From: Octopus vulgaris
Taxonomy: Eukaryota
DNA: 64,000 nt
NCBI GenBank assembly: GCA_951406725.2
Contig: OX597815.1
Coordinates: 125,612,001-125,676,000 of the forward strand
Direction: 5' to 3'
Notes under the pieces: generated by a model
Told to the model about the DNA's origin: nothing
The model's database searches: none
Seen by the model: the letters and a program-made list of their open reading frames with translations, nothing else
Position numbers and translations under genes: made by a program
Shown here: in pieces, positions 56,411 to 64,000 of the stretch
Layout of the letters: every line of letters starts with the position of its first letter
How positions within the stretch are numbered: position 1 is the stretch's first letter

Positions 56411-56825
56411 TGTATGTATGTATGTATGTATGTATGTATGTATGTGTGTATGTATGTATGTATGTATTTGTGCATTTGAAGAGAGAGAGGGAGAAAGAAA
56501 GAGGGAGGGAAAGAAGGAATGATAGGATATAAGACGTGTGATATGGTATAATATGAGATAGAAAGACAGTGAATAAAAAAGACAATGTGTGTTAATATAT
56601 GCTTGTGACTGTACGAGTGCGTAAGAGACAGGTAGACAGACAAACAAATAGATAGGTAGGTAGATAGGTAGACAGAGGTAGATAGAGATAGAGACAGGTA
56701 GATAGATAGATAGATAGATAGAACGGTAGGTAGAGACAATGAAACAAATTATGTGTAATTTCTACGTAAGACAGAACATATGAAAGAGTGTGTGAGGAAG
56801 TGTGTGCATGTATTATTATTATGTG

Positions 56826-56909
<84 letters not shown>

Positions 56910-57273
56910 GGAGAGATAGAGTAGGGAAGGAAATAATGAAATATAGAGTATCGGGAAACGAAGAAATGAAGAATTGAACATTTGTTCCAATGTCTATGAA
57001 TGATCATGTGTCTATGCGTGAGTGTGTGCGTGTATCTGTCTCTGTGTGTGTGTGTGTGTGTGTGTGTATTTGAGTGTGTGTATGTTTGTGTGTATGTGAT
57101 GTGTTTATGTACGCTTGCACTTGTGTATTGTACATGTGGATGTTAACAGATGTGTATTTTTGTCTTCGTTTGTTCACACATGTTAAAGATATAGTAAAAT
57201 GGTTAAGGAAAGATATATATATATATATATATAGATAGATAGAGAGAGAGAGATAGACAGAGAGAGAGACAGA

Positions 57274-57406
<133 letters not shown>

Positions 57407-57651
57407 GGAGAACAGAGAGAGAGAAAGAGAGAGTGAGACAAAATGGTTAAAGACTTTATATGAGTTGTATAACAGGAATGAAATGATAGAAAACGAGAGT
57501 CAGTAATGATAAAATGAAACAGACAGTTGATAAACAGAAAGACAGAAAATAATTGACGAAGGAAGCAAGATCGAGCGACAAAGAGCGAGTGAATAAGAAA
57601 GAGAATGAAAAATACCGGAACGATAGAGAGACAGAGATAGATAAATATATG

Positions 57652-57706
<55 letters not shown>

Positions 57707-57902
57707 GTGTGTGTGTTTGTATATATATATATATATACGTATCTATAGACAGATAGGTAGATAGATAAATAGATATATATATATATAGAGAGAGAGAAAG
57801 AAAGAGAGAGTGGTTGTGCATGAATGACAAGAAGAAAAGATAATGTAAGGAAGAAAGACGAGAGATAGATAGATAGATAGATAGATATATAGATATATAG
57901 AT

Positions 57903-57982
<80 letters not shown>

Positions 57983-58132
57983 GAATCAATTTACATACAA
58001 AATGGGTGAAATCAAAGCGAGACAGACAATATGAGAGAAAGAGTAAAAAGACAAACGGAAAACAAGACAAGCTAAATGAAGCAAGTAAAAGATTGTGATA
58101 GCGAAAATTAAAAGTAAAAAAGTGAGAGAGAT

Positions 58133-58220
<88 letters not shown>

Positions 58221-59649
58221 AGAGAGAGTGAAAGAGAGAGAGAGGTGTAAGGGAGAGAGTGAGGTGATGGTGTACGGAAAGGAAAGGAGAGAAGACAGAT
58301 CACAGCAGGAGATAAAGGAGAGAAAAAGATAAGATAGAAAGAAAGAGGAAGGTAAGCAAAGATAAAAAAAAGAGAAAAACTTGGAATCATCAAAGAAATA
58401 TATTAAGCTAGAGAAAGAGGTAAAGAGAGAGAAGGGGAGAGAGCGAGAGAGAGAGAGAGACAAAAAAAAGAAAGAGAAGGAGAAAGGGAGAAAGAGAATA
58501 ATGAAAGAGAAAATATATACAAAAGCACCAGTGAGAAAGAAGGAATAAAACTGAAAGAAATATAAAAGACAGAAAAATAGGAAGGACAGAGGGAGATATA
58601 AAGGATGAGAAAAAAAAGTGATTTTGAGTGTGTGTGTGCGAGAGAGAGAGAGAGACAGAGAGAGGGGGAGAGACAGAGAGAGAAAGCTCATGGGAGAGAG
58701 AGAGAGAGAGAGTGTGTGTGTGAGAGAGAGAGAAAATGAGAATGAGAACTGCAGTGATTTTGAGAACGACATGAAAAGAAACAAAACAGTGGGAAATGAA
58801 TAATAATCAGGAACACTAAAAGAACGCTATGGATGGAAGAGATGATGGTGTATTCTACAGACGACCATTGATTAACAGAAATTCTGTTATGTAAATTTGG
58901 TCAAGGATATTGAGAATAGATAAAGCAAACAATAAACATGGAAGCCTGTGGAAGGTTAAAAGCTTGTGCGCTACACAGGCACATAAAGCAGAGGGATAGC
59001 AGCGAAAGCTCTTAGCTGAGTGTAGGATGTTATTTGAGTTCTACTCACCCACACAATTACTGACGTACTCACCCACACATACAGACAAATAGAGGGTAGA
59101 CTATATTATAGAAGCATAGTATTCTATGTAGAATATGTTTGTTTTATTTTTTGCTTAGGTCTTTTTCAAATACACATTACTATACACACACGCACACACA
59201 CACACATACATACACATACACACACATACATACACCTATGATTTATGTATATATATTTATGTATGTATATATGTGTATATACATACGTATCTCCGTTTTG
59301 TGTTAGCTGTCGGATAAAAAGAGTACTCGGTACTATAGTAGAGGTTGATAATACATTTTATTTTGGTCGAGTCAGTCTCTTCTTAATCTGAGTCTCACCT
59401 AGACGTGAGACTCATATCTTCAAGCATGTTTGAAGATTCTCTGCATCTAAACTCGGAGTAGCAAGAGATTGAAATGAATAGAAGAGTACACACACACACA
59501 CACACACACACACAAGCATATGTTCACACACACATATTGCTTATAAATCCAAGAAACTTTACACGTGTAACTCTATTTCACTAGCCAAAGGTGGAGGGAG
59601 TGATACTATTGGAAGGTAGCAAAATTGTTATGATCCTCAGTTGACAACT

Positions 59650-59716
59650 GATGAAGGAAGTTTTCCGGATGCAAGCTATATATAATATAGCATGCACCCG
59701 GAAAACTTCCTTCATC
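59650..59716. other. 67-nt hairpin (32-bp arms, 2 mismatches, 3-nt loop)
   Basis: gatgaaggaagttttccggatgcaagctatat-ata-atatagcatgcacccggaaaacttccttcatc. Confidence 0.9.
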
Positions 59717-60227
59717 TCTCTTTCTCTTTCTGCACCCACCCCCCACACACACATAACACATTCATATATACGCACACAAATTCATACATACATTTATGCA
59801 TATATGTGTATATATATATATTTATATATAGATATATACATTTACATACATGCATACACACGCGCGCGCGCACACACACACGGAGATTTTGTTCATAGGA
59901 TGCAAGATCATAAACGTGCTTAATATAACTTCATATGGGACGTGCACCGTCTTGTACATGTTAATTTGTGCGAGATATTTGGGTATTGCATAATCATAGA
60001 CGATGTATACGTTCGGATGGTCAGTTGATGGCATACGTTAACAGGCTGGAAATTTATTGGATGAAAGTAAACTGTAGACCGACGGATGTTGCCTTTGATA
60101 TAAATGGAGTGAGTTCTTGAAATATTCATAGATGTATTTGGCTATGTGTCGGCAAGGAGAAATTATTTCGTGTTTTCCTTTTTTTTTTCATGTACTCGGG
60201 ATTCGGTATTTTACGCTTTATACTTTC

Positions 60228-60530
60228 GAGGGCGTGTGAACTAATGGTTAGGGTGTTACCCTCACAGTTATGAGATCATAGTTTCGATTCCTGGATTGGG
60301 TGGTGCAATGTGGTCTTGAGCAAAATACTTCATTTCATGTTGCTCCCCTATTACGTCGACAACTGACGTGTGATGCACTCTGCACCTGTACAGTTAATGT
60401 TAATGTGAAGGAGGGACTGAACTAATGTACAACACATTTGATCACTACAAGCAAATCCTTTGTGCAGGGTGTTCAGCAAGAAATTGAAGAACTCTTACCC
60501 GTCGCCTACAACACGAGAGTCCACCATTTA
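60228..60530 (+). mobile_element. SINE family C (tRNA-like head)
   Basis: gggcgtgtgaactaatggttagg head, gtttcgattcc B-box-like, tcttgagcaaaatacttcatttcatgttgctcc body shared with the 63710 copy. Confidence 0.7.
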
Positions 60531-61079
60531 AGATAGTGGATGATGTAGTGTTTCTCTCTAAAGTGTTGGTCGTAGGCTATCGAACATCATTATTCATCTT
60601 ACCTTTAGCTTAAATATAAAAAACGAACTTATTCCGAATTGCTGATATTCTTAAAATTTATTTTGTCTTTTTTTTTTTGCGGTATTTCAAAAATGACTCC
60701 CTTTTCATCATCTTGGGTCAACGTATTACTTTAAAACCTCCTGACCTGAGCGGTCGTTCGGCCGAGTAAAACCGTGATCTTGACTCATTTTTGTTTATCT
60801 CACACAAATTTACACGCATATACGCCTCCACTATACATATACGATTAATAGAAGTTCTGTATATCGAATCACATAAATTAACACACATACTCTGCCTGCT
60901 CACCCACATATATGTATGTAAATTAATAAAAACGTTATGCAGTAGAATACGTAGAGATGCCTGGTAAACTTAGGCTATATATTCTGCCAGTAGAAGCAGA
61001 AAAATAAAGAAAAACAAGAAAATCAAGACCGTCGTTTGTTGATGGTCTTGATTAGAGAGGGGTCATCCTTTCTTTTTAA

Positions 61080-61121
<42 letters not shown>

Positions 61122-61249
61122 GGAGAGAGAGAAGGAGACATGTTTTGAGCTTATAACTGTTGATAGTTTGTAGAAATGCAGATTGGTTTAGTTTGCATAA
61201 GAGTAAAATTAGTAAGCTTTGACAAAGGGAATTAATATATTTAAGGAAA

Positions 61250-61400
61250 ACCTACACAAAGGTAGGTATGTAGAGGTGTAACGTAAACCTACGCATAATT
61301 TAGCCTCACTGTACAAAGTAGATAAAAAAAAACCAGATTAAATCGTAGAGTTAGCAAACTCTGACGAGGCGTCAGTAGGTGTTGAAACTAATCAAATAGA
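61250..61400 (+). mobile_element. Possible degraded Penelope-like GIY-YIG tail followed by a hammerhead-like motif
   Basis: KTYTKVG.RCN..NL and LNRR.SK-like fragments, then CTGACGA ggcgtc agta ggtgtt GAAA ctaatc. Confidence 0.35.
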
Positions 61401-61559
61401 TGTTTTTTCTGGCAATACAAAGAAAATAAACCATTGTTTTTAACGACGGTGTGTAATTTTTACAGCTAAGCTGAAATGTCTTTACGAAAAAAAAAGGAAC
61501 ATTTCATCACCTTATATTTTCCACAAACGCCTCACAGATATACGCGCGTACATATGTAC

Positions 61560-61632
<73 letters not shown>

Positions 61633-61812
61633 AGACACACACAGAGTCACACACATTCATTAACGCTTGTGTTGGTGCCTAATTATGTTTAAAAATAGTT
61701 TAGTATTAAGCTGAAAAATTATTCAATTCATTTTACCAGAATACATGTTTATTAAAATTTTTACTAGAAGTAGAGAGACAGTGACTCTCTACTATTCTTT
61801 TATTATTTTATT

Positions 61813-62182
61813 TATTACAGCCATTTGACTGCGGTCATGCTGGAGCACCGCCTTTAGTCGAACAAATCGACCCCAGTGCTATTCTTTGTAAGCCTAGTAC
61901 TTATTCTATCGGTCACTTTTACCGAACCACTAAGTTACGGAGACATGAACACACCAACATCGGTTGTTAAGCGATGGTGGGAGTACAAACACAGACACAT
62001 AAACACACACACACACACACACATAAAATATCGACGGGATTCTTTCAGTTTCCGTCTACCAAATCCACTCACAAGTGTTTGGTCGGCCCAAGTCTATAGT
62101 TGAAGACACTTGCCCAAGGTGCTGCGCAGAGGGACTGAACCCGGAACCATGTGGTTGGTAAGCAAGCTACTTACCAGACAGC

Positions 62183-62186
<4 letters not shown>
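61813..62186 (-). mobile_element. SINE family A
   Basis: Same blocks as the other copies; internal (CA)n. Confidence 0.87.
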
Positions 62187-62225
<39 letters not shown>

Positions 62226-62478
62226 CTCTAGCTCTTCGTCCTTCCCGTTACCATCAGCATTGTTTACCACGGTTTCTCCTCGCTGACACCCGATGGTCGA
62301 GTTTTACGCGGTTTCACAATTCATCACGGATCTTCAACATATGTCACACCCAGCAACAGAGAAAAGATAGGCCAACTTTGTTGCTTCGTTGTTGTGTATG
62401 TCATAATATTATTTGTAGTATGATTCACATCTGAATGTTCTTCCTATCATGAAGCACTTTAAAGCGTGGACATGTATA

Positions 62479-62522
<44 letters not shown>

Positions 62523-62917
62523 TAAATATGTGTGCGTGTGTGTGCATGTGCGCATGTGTGTGTGTACATACATATATACATACAAACACGCACAGCCTCA
62601 CACACACATACATGTCTATCTTTCTTTTGATATGTCTTTACAGATATCAACCATATAGAATGCGCTATATAATAATTTAGAAGTAATATAATGGAATCTA
62701 ATATGCTTACAAGGATATACGTTCAAAATAAACAAGGAAATACTGATATTAACAGTAACATAGATATCAATTTACCCTAGGTGCCGTTCTATGTTTCTGT
62801 TACTATTTCAACCTCAATAGAATAGGAAAGATTTGTGTACACGGGGCAACCTTTTATACATAGCACGTACATTTTCATATGGAATGTACATGTATACACA
62901 CATACACTTATATACAC

Positions 62918-62955
<38 letters not shown>

Positions 62956-63006
62956 TATATACATACATGCATATATATACACACGTATATGCATATGGAT
63001 ACATAC

Positions 63007-63037
<31 letters not shown>

Positions 63038-63709
63038 GATACGATATATTATTTGTACAGAATAATCTTAGACGCACATGCGTGTGAACACACGATGCGT
63101 TACTATATACAATTCTATCTGACGAAATACAGAAACTACGAATGGAAACCTTTTCAGACATTTCTCTTTTCTAAAAGTAGAAGCGAAGCTTAACAATAAG
63201 AATATATGTCAAAGAATTAGTGAATTTCAAATCAATCGTTAATGCAAGCCGTATTCTGACAGACTCATCAGCTATCCAATAGGAAAAAAAAAAGTTAATT
63301 GCTATGTCTTATTTACTTACTTATTTATTTTATTTATGTATCTATTTACTTATTCAATATCCAGCGGTGGGATATCGGTCGAACTATTTTTAAATATATG
63401 TAACCGTTTATTTTATTTTATTTTATTTTAGATGACGTCATCTCCTGCTAGATCCAATCTATGCATAATATTCGTTTCCATGAATAATTTTATTCTTGTT
63501 CTTCTCACCGATATTGTTGTTTTCGTCGTTTTAAATGAGAGTAGGATTTATAAATAAGCTAAATAATGAGATATTTACGTTTTGTATGCCTTTCCATTAA
63601 TTTTGCAATATTGATTTCTAACTTTGTCTCAAAGCCACCAATTTTGAAGTAGGTTAGTGCAGAAAATTGAATGAACTTCAATAATGATTGGTATTTGTGT
63701 TTTGTGAAA

Positions 63710-63960
63710 GTGCGTGGCACAGTGCTTAGCGTGTTCGGCTGTTGATGATAAGATCGTGATTTGAATTCCTGGACCGGTGGCACACGGTATTCTTGTGTAA
63801 GACACGTCATTTCACGTTACTTCAGTCTACTAGCCATAATGAATTCCTGGACCGGTGGCACACGGTATTCTTGTGTAAGACACGTCATTTCACGTTACTT
63901 CAGTCTACTAGCCATAATGAATACCAACTGCATGCTGGTGCATAACTCCCTCCCTTCCTT
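63710..63960 (+). mobile_element. SINE family C with a perfect 78-bp tandem duplication
   Basis: gcgtggcacagtgcttagcg head; 63762-63839 repeated exactly at 63840-63917. Confidence 0.8.
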
Positions 63961-64000
63961 TGCTTGTCAGACTCTCAATGTTTCACAATACGAAATAAAA

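Noticed and set aside
57456-58784. 442-aa ORF (also the 289-aa ORF at 55870-56739)
   Set aside because: Translation of (GA)n, (TATC)n and (TA)n low-complexity DNA, which lacks stops by composition.
59389-59414. 10-bp inverted repeat with a 6-nt loop
   Set aside because: Short and isolated; plausible as chance or a local template switch.

Overview
AT-rich (roughly one-third GC by eye), repeat-saturated animal genomic DNA. It is most consistent with an octopus or other coleoid intron or intergenic region; this is an inference from the SINE families and the extreme density of (AAT)n, (TATG)n, (TATC)n, (TA)n, (CA)n and (GA)n microsatellites. No intact host protein-coding gene is supported, and nearly all listed ORFs are microsatellite read-throughs or transposon relics. 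Contents: many copies of three tRNA-derived SINE families; relics of CR1, RTE, R4/Dong-like, Hero-like and RNase-H-bearing LINEs; a deleted mariner; two Helitrons; and a 910-bp foldback DNA element with an 8-bp TSD and telomere-like TTAGGG repeats. The most interesting signal is a recurring set of short, microsatellite-flanked elements carrying minimal Penelope-type hammerhead-ribozyme motifs. These include an inverted head-to-head hammerhead dimer at 2277-2435, a near-complete motif at 55408-55442, and a tRNA-headed SINE palindrome with a hammerhead remnant at 43833-44280. There are also two RLE-type retrotransposon fragments sitting in different microsatellites, a 67-nt near-perfect hairpin, and weak minus-strand microexon candidates. 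All calls are by eye; no database searches or folding programs were run.
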